Of a stretch of DNA of 45,292 nucleotides, positions 34,925 through 44,896 are shown piece after piece. This DNA is from Terriglobia bacterium (GTDB taxonomy: Bacteria; Acidobacteriota; Terriglobia; Versatilivoradales; Versatilivoraceae), in the NCBI GenBank assembly GCA_041484625.1, contig JBGPHY010000001.1:1-45292 (forward strand). The letters run 5' to 3'. The notes under the pieces were generated by a model. It made no database searches and was not told the DNA's origin. It was given only the letters and a program-made list of their open reading frames with translations. Position 1 is the stretch's first letter, and each line of letters opens with the position of its first letter. The position numbers and the translations under genes were made by a program.

Positions 34925-35246
34925 CAGTCCTGGAGGCAATCGGGTGGAAAGGATGAATGGAAGGTTCGGGAAAGCGCGTTCAGGGGAAAACAGGTTCCCA
35001 ACATGGGTAATGGGCTCCTGCGTTCCTCCATTCACGTATTGGCATGGCACGGTTCAAGATTCTCTCAAATGTTGAGTTTCCTGGCAGTTGCGGATGCTAA
35101 GGCTCCAGTTAACGAAAAGCTTCTATCCTTGCGTCAAATCCTTGAATGTCACCGGGGAACTATCCAGTAAGAGTACTGCTGCTGTAAGCCTCACGGCTTT
35201 GCGCCTATCGGTCGAACATCTGCAAACACCTGCTCCCGGCAAATCC

Positions 35247-36044
35247 TCAGAGCCGTCCCAAATGAACATCTCCCGATACCGTCGTTAAGCGGAGGCTATA
35301 GGTGCCATTGCCCAATCGGCCCTTGGCAGAATGTCCCGGTCCAAATTCCGGTGTGTGGATCTGAATCGGGAAATCGGTTTCTATGTCTCCGGAGATCGTC
35401 GACATTTCCACCTCCACATCCGGGTCAGATGGAAGTTTCACGTTCACATCCCCGCTGGCTGTGTTGATCTTCAGTTGGTGGGCGTTGCCTTCGAGCTTTG
35501 AGATCTCCACTTCCACATCCCCACTGGCCGACTCGGCATTCACCGACCCTTTCACCTTTTTCGCGGCCACGTCACCGCTGGCGGTATTGGCCTTGACGGC
35601 TCCAGTCACTTCTTGAATCCTGAGGTCGCCGCTGGCAGAGTACGTCTCCACGTCTCCTGTAACATCCCGGACTTCGATGTCCCCACTGGCAGTGGAAAGA
35701 CGCTCGAATTGATAGGAGGTTGCTCGAGGCACCCGGACTTCAAACCGCACACTGGCATCGCAGTTGCAGTTCTGCGGATAGCGGGCCTTCAGCACTATGC
35801 TCCCGGAACTGCTTGAATCTTCCACTTCGACCCGGTCTTTGTCACGGCCTTCCTTGATCCCCTTGGCCTGGATGGTTGAACCCTCGTAACCGGAAACCAG
35901 GATGTTTCCGGAGACATTCTCGATTCGGATGTGCCCCCCTGGCGGGATGGAGTAAGTTTTCTCAAAATCTGCCCCCTCAAGCGGAAAACACCCAAGCTCC
36001 ACAACAAGCAGACTTGCCGGCAGTAGTTGTAACAAACGATGCAT
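35247..36044 (-). CDS. DUF4097 (putative adhesin / beta-helix repeat) protein, exported
   Basis: Signal peptide and many repeats of the ..ASGD(V/I).(V/I).. unit typical of DUF4097. Confidence 0.8.
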   Translation of the reverse strand: MHRLLQLLPASLLVVELGCFPLEGADFEKTYSIPPGGHIRIENVSGNILVSGYEGSTIQAKGIKEGRDKDRVEVEDSSSSGSIVLKARYPQNCNCDASVRFEVRVPRATSYQFERLSTASGDIEVRDVTGDVETYSASGDLRIQEVTGAVKANTASGDVAAKKVKGSVNAESASGDVEVEISKLEGNAHQLKINTASGDVNVKLPSDPDVEVEMSTISGDIETDFPIQIHTPEFGPGHSAKGRLGNGTYSLRLTTVSGDVHLGRL

Positions 36045-36342
36045 AGCCCTACACTCCTTTCGCGTGGTTCGACTCTAGTGACTTGACCATATATTGAGGA
36101 GTGAGTGATCAGGAACCCACAAAGGTTTCACGAGCGAGGCAAGAATTATTGAGCAATCTGGCCCACAATCCAAATCTGGGACGCTGATCGGTGGCCCATT
36201 CTCTGGAAGTGCCAGGTTCGAATTCCACACCACGAGGTACCTGCCTGCCGGGATAATCTTTTCTGCTGAAGGCACTCGGACTCTGCCTTGACTTGATGAG
36301 GTTTTTCCACTCTAATCTCTTCAGCTCCCGAGAGGCACAAGG

Positions 36343-38487
36343 ATGAAGAAACCGGCTCGGAAAACCCACAAAACCAAAGAGATTGGAAATCAGGAAAACG
36401 GTGCCGCCACTTACCGGACCAGCCGGGGGGTGCCGCTTCCGTTGGGTCCCACGCTCAAGCCCAACGGCATCAATTTCTCGGTCTTTTCCCGGAATGCCGG
36501 CTGCGTTACCCTGGCGTTGTTCCTGCCTGGTAAGCCTCATCCAAGGGTGGAATTCCCCCTGGATCCGCGGTTCAACCGGACCGGCGACATCTGGCATGTT
36601 TTCGTGGAAGGGATCGAGCGCGGAATCGAATATGGTTATCGTGTCGACAAATCCCCCAACCAGCATCCGCAGCTCCATCGATTTGATGGGCGGCTTATCC
36701 TGCTGGATCCCTACGCCAGGGCCCTCTCTGGGGGGAACCAGTGGGGGGAGACCCTTCATTTGAAGACCAGTCGCTCCTCTGCCAGAACGGCCAGATCCCG
36801 CAACGGGCTGGTGGTGGAAGACAACTTCGATTGGGGCATCGACCAGCCGCTGAATATCCACCTGGCCGATTCTATCATCTACGAGATGCATGTTCGGGGA
36901 TTCACGCGGCACTCCTCCTCAAACGTGGCTCATCCGGGGACTTTCAAAGGAGTGATAGAAAAAATTCCCCACTTGAAAGAACTGGGTGTCACCGCCGTGG
37001 AATTGATGCCGATCGCCGAGTTCGAGGAATGTGACAACCCGCGGTCCAATCCCCTGACTGGGGAGCCATTGACAAATTACTGGGGATATCAGCCCGTGTC
37101 ATTTTTTGCCTTGAAGGCCGCTTACTCTGCTGGCAGCAGTGACTGGGGGCACATCAGCGAATTCAAGGCCATGATCAAAGCCCTCCACGAAGCCGGAATC
37201 GAGGTCATCCTGGACGTTGTCTTCAATCATACCGCCGAAGGAAACGAAAAGGGCCCGACCTTTTGCTTTCGGGGATTTGACAACGCGGTTTATTACATGA
37301 TCGACCCCATGACAGGAGCCTACGCGAATTACTCCGGTTGCGGCAACACGCTCAACTGCAACCACCCCGTGGTTCGAACCTTGATCCTCGATGCCCTGCG
37401 CTACTGGGTAACCGAAATGCACGTGGACGGATTTCGCTTCGATTTAGCCTCCATCCTGGGCCGCGCCAGCGACGGCTCCGTTCTCTCTGACCCGCCGTTG
37501 CTGGAGCGTATTGCCGGGGACCCGGTCCTGGCCAACACAAAACTCATTGCCGAGGCCTGGGATGCGGCTGGGCTTTACCAGGTGGGGTCTTTCCCCAACT
37601 GGGGGCGCTGGGCGGAGTGGAACGGGAAATTCCGGGATGATATACGACGCTTCATCAAGGGGGATGCCGGAGTGGTGCCGGTCCTGGCCACGCGGTTGGC
37701 CGGCAGCGCAGATCTTTACCAGGGAAGCGGCCGAGCCCCGTACCACAGCATCAACTTCATCACTAGCCACGACGGTTTCACGCTGGCCGACCTGGTGACC
37801 TATAGTTCCAAGCGTAATCAGGCCAATGGAGAAGACAACCTGGACGGCATTGACCAGAACCATAGCTGGAATTGCGGAGTGGAAGGCCCGTCCGAGGCAC
37901 CCGAGATTCAAGCCCTGCGAATGCGCCAGATGAAGAACTTCGCCGCCGCTCTCCTGATCTCGCAGGGGGTTCCCATGATATTGAGCGGTGATGAAATGGG
38001 GAAAACCCAGCAGGGAAACAATAACGCTTACTGCCAGGACAACGTGATCAATTGGCTCAACTGGCAGTTGTTGGATACAAATGCCGAGCTCTTCCGCTTC
38101 TTTAAATTGCTGATCCGCTTCCGTAAACAACACCACATCTTGCGAGGCCGCCATTTCTTCGAGCGGGAGAACCACCGAAATCCCGGCTTGACCTGGCACG
38201 GTGTCAAGCCCGACCAACCGGATTGGTCCTGGCACTCCCGCTCTTTGGCCATGCATCTGGCGGGCGGGCGGGGGGACGTTGATTGTTACGTGATTGCCAA
38301 TGCCTACTGGGATGGATTGGAGTTCGAATTGGCGCCAGCCTCGGAGCAGAAGCGCTGGTTTCGGTTCGTCGATACGGCATTGAAGTCCCCGAAGGACATC
38401 TGCGAGGAAGGAAAGGAGAAGCTTCTGGTAGAGCAAAGCCGCTACCGGGTGGCTCCCCACAGCGTCGTGGTATTGATTGGAAAGTAG
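36343..38487 (+). CDS. glgX: glycogen debranching enzyme (isoamylase-type GH13)
   Basis: GH13 motifs VILDVVFNHT, VDGFRFDLAS, IAEAWD and FITSHDGFTL, with an N-terminal CBM48-like region. Confidence 0.93.
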   Translation: MKKPARKTHKTKEIGNQENGAATYRTSRGVPLPLGPTLKPNGINFSVFSRNAGCVTLALFLPGKPHPRVEFPLDPRFNRTGDIWHVFVEGIERGIEYGYRVDKSPNQHPQLHRFDGRLILLDPYARALSGGNQWGETLHLKTSRSSARTARSRNGLVVEDNFDWGIDQPLNIHLADSIIYEMHVRGFTRHSSSNVAHPGTFKGVIEKIPHLKELGVTAVELMPIAEFEECDNPRSNPLTGEPLTNYWGYQPVSFFALKAAYSAGSSDWGHISEFKAMIKALHEAGIEVILDVVFNHTAEGNEKGPTFCFRGFDNAVYYMIDPMTGAYANYSGCGNTLNCNHPVVRTLILDALRYWVTEMHVDGFRFDLASILGRASDGSVLSDPPLLERIAGDPVLANTKLIAEAWDAAGLYQVGSFPNWGRWAEWNGKFRDDIRRFIKGDAGVVPVLATRLAGSADLYQGSGRAPYHSINFITSHDGFTLADLVTYSSKRNQANGEDNLDGIDQNHSWNCGVEGPSEAPEIQALRMRQMKNFAAALLISQGVPMILSGDEMGKTQQGNNNAYCQDNVINWLNWQLLDTNAELFRFFKLLIRFRKQHHILRGRHFFERENHRNPGLTWHGVKPDQPDWSWHSRSLAMHLAGGRGDVDCYVIANAYWDGLEFELAPASEQKRWFRFVDTALKSPKDICEEGKEKLLVEQSRYRVAPHSVVVLIGK

Positions 38488-38518
38488 CCGGATTTCGCGA
38501 AGATGATCTCGCTCTTAA

Positions 38519-39020
38519 CCAAACGCGGAGTGGCCCTTAGAGAGAGCGTGGAACGAATGCGAGACTTACGCCCGCTTTGGCAAACCGCTCCACTTCACCG
38601 AATTGACTGTTCTTTCCGGTGAGCATGGGTGGGAAAAGAAACTCCCCTGGCCGACCACGCCCGAGGGGGGAGCGCCGACAGGCGGCCTATGTCGAGCAGT
38701 TTTACACCTTACTGTTCTCCCATCCCGCGGTCGAGGCAATCACCTGGTGGGACCTGATGGACGGAGGCTGGCAGGGGGCTCCGGCCGGCCTGATTCGGGC
38801 CGATCTCTCTCCCAAACCGGCTTTCCAGCGACTTCTGGCGCTAGTTAAGGGAAAATGGTGGACCCGTGCAGCCTTGCGCACTGAAGCGGATGGCCGATGC
38901 CGAATTCGCGGATTCCTGGGGGATTATCAGGTTACTGCGGTCACCCCTGCAGGAACTGAAACTCGGCAGTTCAAATTGCTCAAGGGCACCAATCAGGTGG
39001 AGCTGCAGTTAATCAAATGA
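38519..39020 (+). pseudogene. C-terminal relic of a GH10-like glycoside hydrolase, 5'-truncated and frameshifted
   Basis: One frame reads ..AWNECETYARFGKPLHFTELTVLSGEHGWEKKLPWPTTPEG (nucleophile-type TEL motif). After the G6 run at 38665-38670, the next frame reads ..RRQAAYVEQFYTLLFSHPAVEAITWWDLMDGGWQGAPAGLIR.DLSPKPAF. The upstream two-thirds of the fold is absent, since the glgX stop lies 31 nt upstream. Confidence 0.6.
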
Positions 39021-39061
39021 TGAACCCGGGATAGGAATCGCTTCGCAGGACACCGCATTCT

Positions 39062-40153
39062 ATGGATACTCTGATCATCACGGGCGGCGCCGGATTCATT
39101 GGCAGTAACTTTGTCCGTTTGGCCTTGGCGGAGACTGGCCTGCGAGTCGTCGTGTTGGATAAGTTGACCTATGCCGGTAACCTCTGCAGCCTGGAGGATG
39201 TCAGCCGGCATCCACATTTTGTATTCTTGCAGATCGACATTATCGATCGATCGGCTGTCGAGCAGGTCTTCCGCGAGTTCCAGCCTCTTGCACTGGTCAA
39301 CTTTGCCGCGGAGACTCATGTGGACCGTTCCATTGATGACCCGCGGCCGTTTGTTGAGACCAACGTGGTCGGAACTTTTGTATTGCTGGAAGCGGCCAGG
39401 AAATTCCTTGGCTCACGGGAGAGCTCCGTGAGAGCACGCTTTCGCTTTTTACATGTTTCCACGGATGAGGTATATGGGACATTGGGCGAGTCCGGATTCT
39501 TCACTGAGGAGACACCTTACGCCCCCAACTCTCCTTACGCGGCCTCCAAGGCGGCGGCGGATCATCTGGTTCGAGCCTATAATGAAACCTACGGGGTACT
39601 CACCTTGATCACTAATTGCTCTAATAATTTCGGGCCTTACCAGTACCTGGAGAAGCTCATTCCTTTGATGGTCCTGAACGCGGTGGACGGCAGGAAGCTC
39701 CCCATTTACGGAGATGGGGGAAATATCCGTGACTGGCTTTTTGTGGAAGATCATTGCAGTGGAATTCTGACGGTTCTTCAGCACGGCAGAGCAGGAGAGA
39801 AGTACAATCTCGGTGGAGGCAATGAACGAACCAACCTTCAAATCGTGGATGAGATCTGTGCTTGTCTGGAGAAGATACTACCGGCCTCCGGCAATCCCGC
39901 CATGCTGAGACAAGGGATGCTCCGTTATGAACAGCTCAAGAATTTTGTGCCGGATCGCCCCGGCCATGATCGTCGCTACGCCCTCGACGCCAGCAAGGTC
40001 CGCCGTGAATTGGGTTGGGTGGCTGCCCACAATATGGACGCCGGCCTGGCCAAGACCGTCCAATGGTACGTGGAACACGGCGATTGGTGCCGAAAGGTAC
40101 AGAGCTGCAAGTACTCCCGCGAGAGGCTGGGGCTCGCTACCGAGTCGAGCTAG
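39062..40153 (+). CDS. rfbB: dTDP-glucose 4,6-dehydratase
   Basis: [11 protein letters not shown] Rossmann motif, [19 protein letters not shown] (YxxxK). Confidence 0.95.
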   Translation: MDTLIITGGAGFIGSNFVRLALAETGLRVVVLDKLTYAGNLCSLEDVSRHPHFVFLQIDIIDRSAVEQVFREFQPLALVNFAAETHVDRSIDDPRPFVETNVVGTFVLLEAARKFLGSRESSVRARFRFLHVSTDEVYGTLGESGFFTEETPYAPNSPYAASKAAADHLVRAYNETYGVLTLITNCSNNFGPYQYLEKLIPLMVLNAVDGRKLPIYGDGGNIRDWLFVEDHCSGILTVLQHGRAGEKYNLGGGNERTNLQIVDEICACLEKILPASGNPAMLRQGMLRYEQLKNFVPDRPGHDRRYALDASKVRRELGWVAAHNMDAGLAKTVQWYVEHGDWCRKVQSCKYSRERLGLATESS

Positions 40154-40188
40154 ACTTGCTCTTATTGCCGATTTCTTTGGGAGGGACG

Positions 40189-41076
40189 ATGAAGGGAATT
40201 ATTCTAGCCGGCGGCTCCGGAACCCGGCTTTATCCGTTGACTCGTGCGGTTAGCAAGCAGTTGATCCCCCTTTATGATAAGCCCATGGTCTACTATCCTC
40301 TATCCACCCTGATGCTGGCCGGGATTCGCGACATTTTGCTCATCTCGACCCCTCGGGATCTGCCAGCCTACCAGGCCCTCTTGGGCGACGGTCGTCAGTT
40401 GGGCTTGAATCTGGGTTACGCCGAGCAGAAGCGGCCGGAGGGGATTGCCCAGGCGTTTCTGGTCGGGCGCGAATTTGTGGGCCACTCGCCGGTGGCTCTC
40501 GTCCTGGGGGACAACGTTTTCTACGGTCACGGCCTGCCCCAGTATTTGCAGCGGGCCGTGGCCAGGACCTCGGGCGCAACCATATTTGGATACCAGGTGA
40601 GCGATCCTGAAAGATACGGAGTGGTGGAGTTTGATCCTAATGGGGCGGCGGTCGGGATGGTCGAGAAACCGGCAAAACCGAAATCGAGGTGGGCTGTCAC
40701 CGGGCTCTACTTCTACGACAATCGGGTCCTCGAGATTGCCAGGGAACTGAATCCCTCGGTCCGTGGCGAGCTGGAAATTACGGACGTGAATCTGGCCTAC
40801 TTGCGTGCCGGGACCTTGCATGCCGAGAAGCTGGGACGTGGGATTGCCTGGCTGGACACCGGAACGCACGAGTCACTCCTCCAGGCGTCGAATTTCATCC
40901 AGGCCTTGCAGGAACGCCAGGGCCTCATGGTGGCCTGCCTGGAGGAAATTGCGTTGCATCTGGGTTACATATCAGGTGAGGATGTCCGACGTGTTGCCGC
41001 GGCAATGAAGGGCAGCAGTTATGGGAAATACCTGCTTTCCATGCTGGACCAGGATCAGACCGGGTCTTTGGGTTAG
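40189..41076 (+). CDS. rfbA: glucose-1-phosphate thymidylyltransferase
   Basis: [18 protein letters not shown]... with GGGAGGG upstream of ATG 40189. The ORF-track start at 40015 is an artefactual extension overlapping rfbB. Confidence 0.95.
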   Translation: MKGIILAGGSGTRLYPLTRAVSKQLIPLYDKPMVYYPLSTLMLAGIRDILLISTPRDLPAYQALLGDGRQLGLNLGYAEQKRPEGIAQAFLVGREFVGHSPVALVLGDNVFYGHGLPQYLQRAVARTSGATIFGYQVSDPERYGVVEFDPNGAAVGMVEKPAKPKSRWAVTGLYFYDNRVLEIARELNPSVRGELEITDVNLAYLRAGTLHAEKLGRGIAWLDTGTHESLLQASNFIQALQERQGLMVACLEEIALHLGYISGEDVRRVAAAMKGSSYGKYLLSMLDQDQTGSLG

Positions 41077-41196
41077 AACTTTCAGAGTGTCGTAAGCCAT
41101 TCGTTTTTGCGATTCCTGCGCGTCGCTCTCCCCTTTTCCAGTGGGCTGGGAGTTGAAATTGCCGAAAGACCGTGGCGACAGATTGCGAGGGGCCAG

Positions 41197-42438
41197 ATGA
41201 TTTACTTCTCGGAGATGGAAAACCTCCCCACTTACGATGGGAAAGGCCGATATGTGGGAGTCTTAACGGATCTGCTGGTCAATCCCAGCCAGGACTCCAA
41301 CCGGGTGGCCTACTACCTGGTCAAGTCACCCAAGAAGAAACTGCTTTGTATCCCGCGTGACCAAATGCAATCGATTTCGGTCCGGGCGGCTATCGCCAGC
41401 ACCTCACGAGACGACATCCCGGCGTACTCTCCGGATGAGGGCTTGATCCGAGTGAAGAAGGATGTGCTGGATCAACAGATCATCGACGTCACAGATCGCA
41501 AGGTGGTTCGCGTCACCGACGTGGATTTCGACATTGACCCCGGAGATCGTCACACCAATCTGGAAATTATCTCGGTCAATATCGGGCTGGCTGCGGCCGT
41601 GCGGAGGCTGCTGCAGGGCATGTTCGCGAAACACACGACCCGCATGATTGCCGGGCGCTTTCCCACCAGGACCATTCCTTGGGGAGTCGTCAACCTGATC
41701 GAATCGGACCCGGCACGGCGGGTCAAGTTGAGAATTTCCTACGATAAGCTGGCTGAATTGCATCCAGCGGATATCGCCGACATCCTGGAAGAACTGAGCC
41801 ACGATGAACAGAAGTCGGTCATTGAGTCCCTGGACGACGAAACCGCCGCCCAAGCGCTTTCCGAGATTCCAACCCGCATGCAGGTTTCCCTGCTGGAGAG
41901 CATTTCCACAGGCAAAGCAGCCGATCTGGTAGAGGAAATGCCTCCGGACGAGGCCGCCGATGTCCTTCAGGAATTGTCTCCTGAAACTTCCGCACAGGTT
42001 CTGGCCAGCATGGAAAGCGAGGAGGCCGAAGATGTGCGGGAACTGCTGGGCTTCAAGGAAAATACGGCGGGCGGCTTGATGACTAACGAGTACATCGTCG
42101 TCGGGGATTCGGCAACAATAGAAGGCGCCACCGCAGCCCTGAAAATTTTCGAGGGAGTTCTGGAGTTGATCCATGCGATCTATCTGATCGATAGGGACTG
42201 CGTGTTGGTGGGAGCTGTCCCCTTGGCCCGGATTCTACTGGCCGATAAAGAGACTTCCTTGAAGGACCTTTCCCAGGATCCCCTGATTTCGGTGCCGTTC
42301 CATGCGGATGAAAGGACCGTAGTGGCCACCTTTCAAAAATACAACCTGGTTTCATTGCCAGTAGTTGACGACGACGGCCGCCTGTTGGGCGTCATCACAG
42401 CGGATGATGTCTTAGACGTGGTGGTCAATCATCACTAA
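41197..42438 (+). CDS. soluble MgtE-type cytoplasmic module: PRC-barrel-like N-terminus + MgtE_N domain + CBS pair, no transmembrane pore
   Basis: LAELHPADIADILEELSHDEQKSVIESLDDETAAQALSEI...AADLVEEMPPDEAADVLQEL is the MgtE_N acidic helical bundle. Two CBS motifs follow (..LVGAVPLARILL.., ..LLGVITADDVLDVV). The protein ends right after the CBS pair. ATG 41197 with GAGGGG upstream. Confidence 0.8.
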   Translation: MIYFSEMENLPTYDGKGRYVGVLTDLLVNPSQDSNRVAYYLVKSPKKKLLCIPRDQMQSISVRAAIASTSRDDIPAYSPDEGLIRVKKDVLDQQIIDVTDRKVVRVTDVDFDIDPGDRHTNLEIISVNIGLAAAVRRLLQGMFAKHTTRMIAGRFPTRTIPWGVVNLIESDPARRVKLRISYDKLAELHPADIADILEELSHDEQKSVIESLDDETAAQALSEIPTRMQVSLLESISTGKAADLVEEMPPDEAADVLQELSPETSAQVLASMESEEAEDVRELLGFKENTAGGLMTNEYIVVGDSATIEGATAALKIFEGVLELIHAIYLIDRDCVLVGAVPLARILLADKETSLKDLSQDPLISVPFHADERTVVATFQKYNLVSLPVVDDDGRLLGVITADDVLDVVVNHH

Positions 42439-42448
42439 AGGTTCTGTA

Positions 42449-43720
42449 ATGCCCATTAACCGCGAACGGCTCCGCCGCCTCCGAATCAACCTGCTGATCT
42501 TCCTAAGTGTCCTTGGCCCAGGCATTATCACGGCGAATGTCGACAACGATGCCGGCGGAATCTACACTTACTCCGTGGCCGGTGCTCAATATGGGTACTT
42601 ACTCCTGTGGACCCTTCTACCCATCACGGTGGCGCTGGTGGTGGTACAGGAAATGGTGGCGCGAATGGGGGTGGTGACCGGCAAAGGGCTGGCCGACCTG
42701 ATTCGCGAAGAGTACGGATTCCGGACCACGTTCCTGCTGATGATATTGCTCCTGGTGGCCAACTTCAGCAACACGGTTGCCGAGTTTGCCGGATTAGCTC
42801 AAGGCATGTCCGTCTTTGGCATCAGCCGTCATATCTCGGTCCCTCTCGGAGCGATCTTTGTTTGGCTCCTGGTGGTGAAGGGAAACTATCGGGTGGTGGA
42901 AAAGGTTTTCCTTTCCGCCTGCTTTTTCTACGTGGCTTACCTGCTTTCCGGGTTTCTGGCCCATCCCGATTGGAAGCGAGCGTTGGTTGGTACTGTCAAA
43001 CCCACCTTCAACCTCGATCCAGGGATGATCTACATGATCATTGGGCTGGTGGGGACCACCATTGCCCCCTGGATGCAGTTTTATCTGCAGTCGGCCATGG
43101 TGGAAAAGGGGATTAAGCTGAAGCACTACAAATATGCTCGGCTGGACGTCATCACGGGTTGTTTTTTGACAGACCTAGTGGCCTTTTTCATTATTGTTGC
43201 CTGCGGGGCCACCATTTTCGAGAGCGGCCACCGGCAGATTAGAGATGCCGGAGATGCGGCTTTGGCGTTGGGGCCGCTGGCCGGCCGGGCTGCCAGCGCT
43301 CTGTTTGCCTTTGGGCTGGTGAATGCATCTTTGTTCTCCGCCTCGATTCTTCCACTTTCCACGGCCTACTCTGTCTGCGAAGGATTGGGACTGGAATCAG
43401 GCATCAACAAGCGGGTGCATGAAGCACCCACCTTCTATTCCCTGTATACGGGGCTGATTATCCTGGGAGCCCTGACCGTGCTCATTCTCACCGAAACCAG
43501 GCAGATCCCCCTCATTTTACTCTCTCAGGTGGCCAACGGTATCCTCTTGCCGGTGGTCCTTATCTTCATGCTCCGCCTGTCAAATCGCGAGGACCTGATG
43601 GGAGAACACCGCAACACCCGCGCCTTCAATTGGATTGCCTGGGCCACCAGCCTGGTCATGATTGCTTTAACTCTTCTGATGGTGCTGAGCCTCTTCCTCC
43701 CGAACACCCTCCCCAGGTAA
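42449..43720 (+). CDS. Nramp/SLC11-family transporter with non-canonical metal site (NRMT-like, putative Mg2+ transporter)
   Basis: The 11-TM Nramp pattern is present. TM1 reads GPGIITANVDNDAGG where canonical Nramps have DPGN (D34-A-G-G at 42548-42559). TM6 reads GTTIAPWMQFYLQS where canonical Nramps have G-A-x-x-M-P-H (43055-43072). Starts 10 nt after the upstream stop. Confidence 0.85.
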   Translation: MPINRERLRRLRINLLIFLSVLGPGIITANVDNDAGGIYTYSVAGAQYGYLLLWTLLPITVALVVVQEMVARMGVVTGKGLADLIREEYGFRTTFLLMILLLVANFSNTVAEFAGLAQGMSVFGISRHISVPLGAIFVWLLVVKGNYRVVEKVFLSACFFYVAYLLSGFLAHPDWKRALVGTVKPTFNLDPGMIYMIIGLVGTTIAPWMQFYLQSAMVEKGIKLKHYKYARLDVITGCFLTDLVAFFIIVACGATIFESGHRQIRDAGDAALALGPLAGRAASALFAFGLVNASLFSASILPLSTAYSVCEGLGLESGINKRVHEAPTFYSLYTGLIILGALTVLILTETRQIPLILLSQVANGILLPVVLIFMLRLSNREDLMGEHRNTRAFNWIAWATSLVMIALTLLMVLSLFLPNTLPR

Positions 43721-43975
43721 GGCGGAGCCATAAGAGGACTTCGATTTCGGTGTGCGCCACACTGCGCCCGCTGGTGGAGTCGCCAACAGAAGTCTCAAAT
43801 CCTGATGACCTCACATCTGAAAAAGAATGGAGAAAGAGCCGAAGGAGAGATGGTCCCTTTCCTCCGTGTGCTTCAAGCTCAGGGTGGACTGCCTGTGATA
43901 GAATCTGGTCTTTGCTTCAACTGCGGCAGACTTTAATGACGGCAGTTGTCCATTGATCCACTGAAGGGAGTTCCC

Positions 43976-44896
43976 ATGCGAAACGTTGCCATCATTGGTT
44001 CCGGACCGGCTGGATACACGGCTGCTATTTACGCAGCCCGGGCCAATCTGAATCCTCTGCTCGTTGCAGGGCTTGAAATTGGAGGCCAGTTGTCTACGAC
44101 CACCCAGGTAGAGAATTTTCCCGGGTTCCCCGATGGGATCATGGGGCCCGAACTCATGGAGGCCATGAGGAAGCAGGCAGAGCGCTTTGGCACAGAGTTT
44201 CTTTACACCGTGGTAACTCAGGTGGACCTTTCCACGCGCCCTTTTACCATCTGCACCGATGATCAAGAAATCCAAACACGAACACTGATCATCTGTTCGG
44301 GCGCCTCGGCCCGGCTACTGGGGCTGGAGTCTGAAAAGAAGCTGGTGGGCTACGGAGTCTCAACCTGCGCGACCTGTGATGGTTATTTTTTCCGCAACAA
44401 GGAGATCATCGTGGTTGGAGGAGGAGACTCTGCTCTCGAAGAGGCCATCTTCCTCACGCGGTACGCCAGCAAGGTCTCCATAGTCCACCGCCGTAAAGCC
44501 CTGAGAGCTTCCAAGATCATGCAGGATAAGGCGATGGCCAATCCCAAGATCCAGTTCATTTGGGATTCCATGATCCAGGACATTTACGAAGTTGGGGCCA
44601 AGACCGTCAAAGGAGTAAAGTTGCTCAATGTCAACACCAGGGAAGTCGTTGACTTCCCGTGTGACGGTGTGTTTGTGGCCATCGGTCACACACCGAATAC
44701 GTCCATATTCCAGGGCCAGCTGCAGATGGACGCCAACGGATACATCGTCACTCAACAAGGATCTCAGACTAGTGTGCCCGGAGTCTTTGCTGCCGGAGAT
44801 GTCCAGGACTCCGTCTACCGGCAGGCGATTTCAGCTGCGGGCAGCGGTTGTGAGGCCGCCATGGATGCGGAACGCTTTCTCGAACACCCTACCTGA
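43976..44896 (+). CDS. trxB: thioredoxin-disulfide reductase
   Basis: GSGPAGYTAA FAD motif, redox CATCDG, GGGDSALEEA NADPH motif. ATG 43976 with GAAGGGAG upstream. Confidence 0.95.
   Translation: MRNVAIIGSGPAGYTAAIYAARANLNPLLVAGLEIGGQLSTTTQVENFPGFPDGIMGPELMEAMRKQAERFGTEFLYTVVTQVDLSTRPFTICTDDQEIQTRTLIICSGASARLLGLESEKKLVGYGVSTCATCDGYFFRNKEIIVVGGGDSALEEAIFLTRYASKVSIVHRRKALRASKIMQDKAMANPKIQFIWDSMIQDIYEVGAKTVKGVKLLNVNTREVVDFPCDGVFVAIGHTPNTSIFQGQLQMDANGYIVTQQGSQTSVPGVFAAGDVQDSVYRQAISAAGSGCEAAMDAERFLEHPT

Noticed and set aside
34061-35170. 369-aa plus-strand ORF, the longest unexplained ORF in the track
   Set aside because: It is antisense to the acyl-CoA synthetase remnant, runs through an intergenic spacer and across a terminator hairpin, and has a low-complexity, motif-free translation.
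35130-35215. Response-regulator-like string (AVLLLDSSPVTFKDL) on the minus strand downstream of the DUF4097 gene
   Set aside because: It is a single short pattern followed immediately by stops in all frames, which is too weak to call a relic.
36215-36226. GGTTCGAATTCC T-loop-like motif suggesting a tRNA upstream of glgX
   Set aside because: It has one extra T relative to GGTTCGAATCC. The flanking bases do not form a 5-bp T-stem, and I could not draw an acceptor, D or anticodon arm.
36109-36912. 267-aa minus-strand ORF overlapping the start of glgX
   Set aside because: It is antisense to a strongly supported GH13 gene, its composition is Pro/Gly/Arg-rich, and it has no recognisable motifs. 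This is a typical shadow ORF in GC-rich DNA.
37444-38460. 338-aa minus-strand ORF inside glgX; similar cases at 41404..42174, 22913..23590 and 24164..24604
   Set aside because: All are antisense shadows of well-supported genes.
40015-40188. N-terminal extension of rfbA given by the ORF track
   Set aside because: It overlaps the 3' end of rfbB in another frame. The canonical MKGIILAGG start with a Shine-Dalgarno is at 40189.
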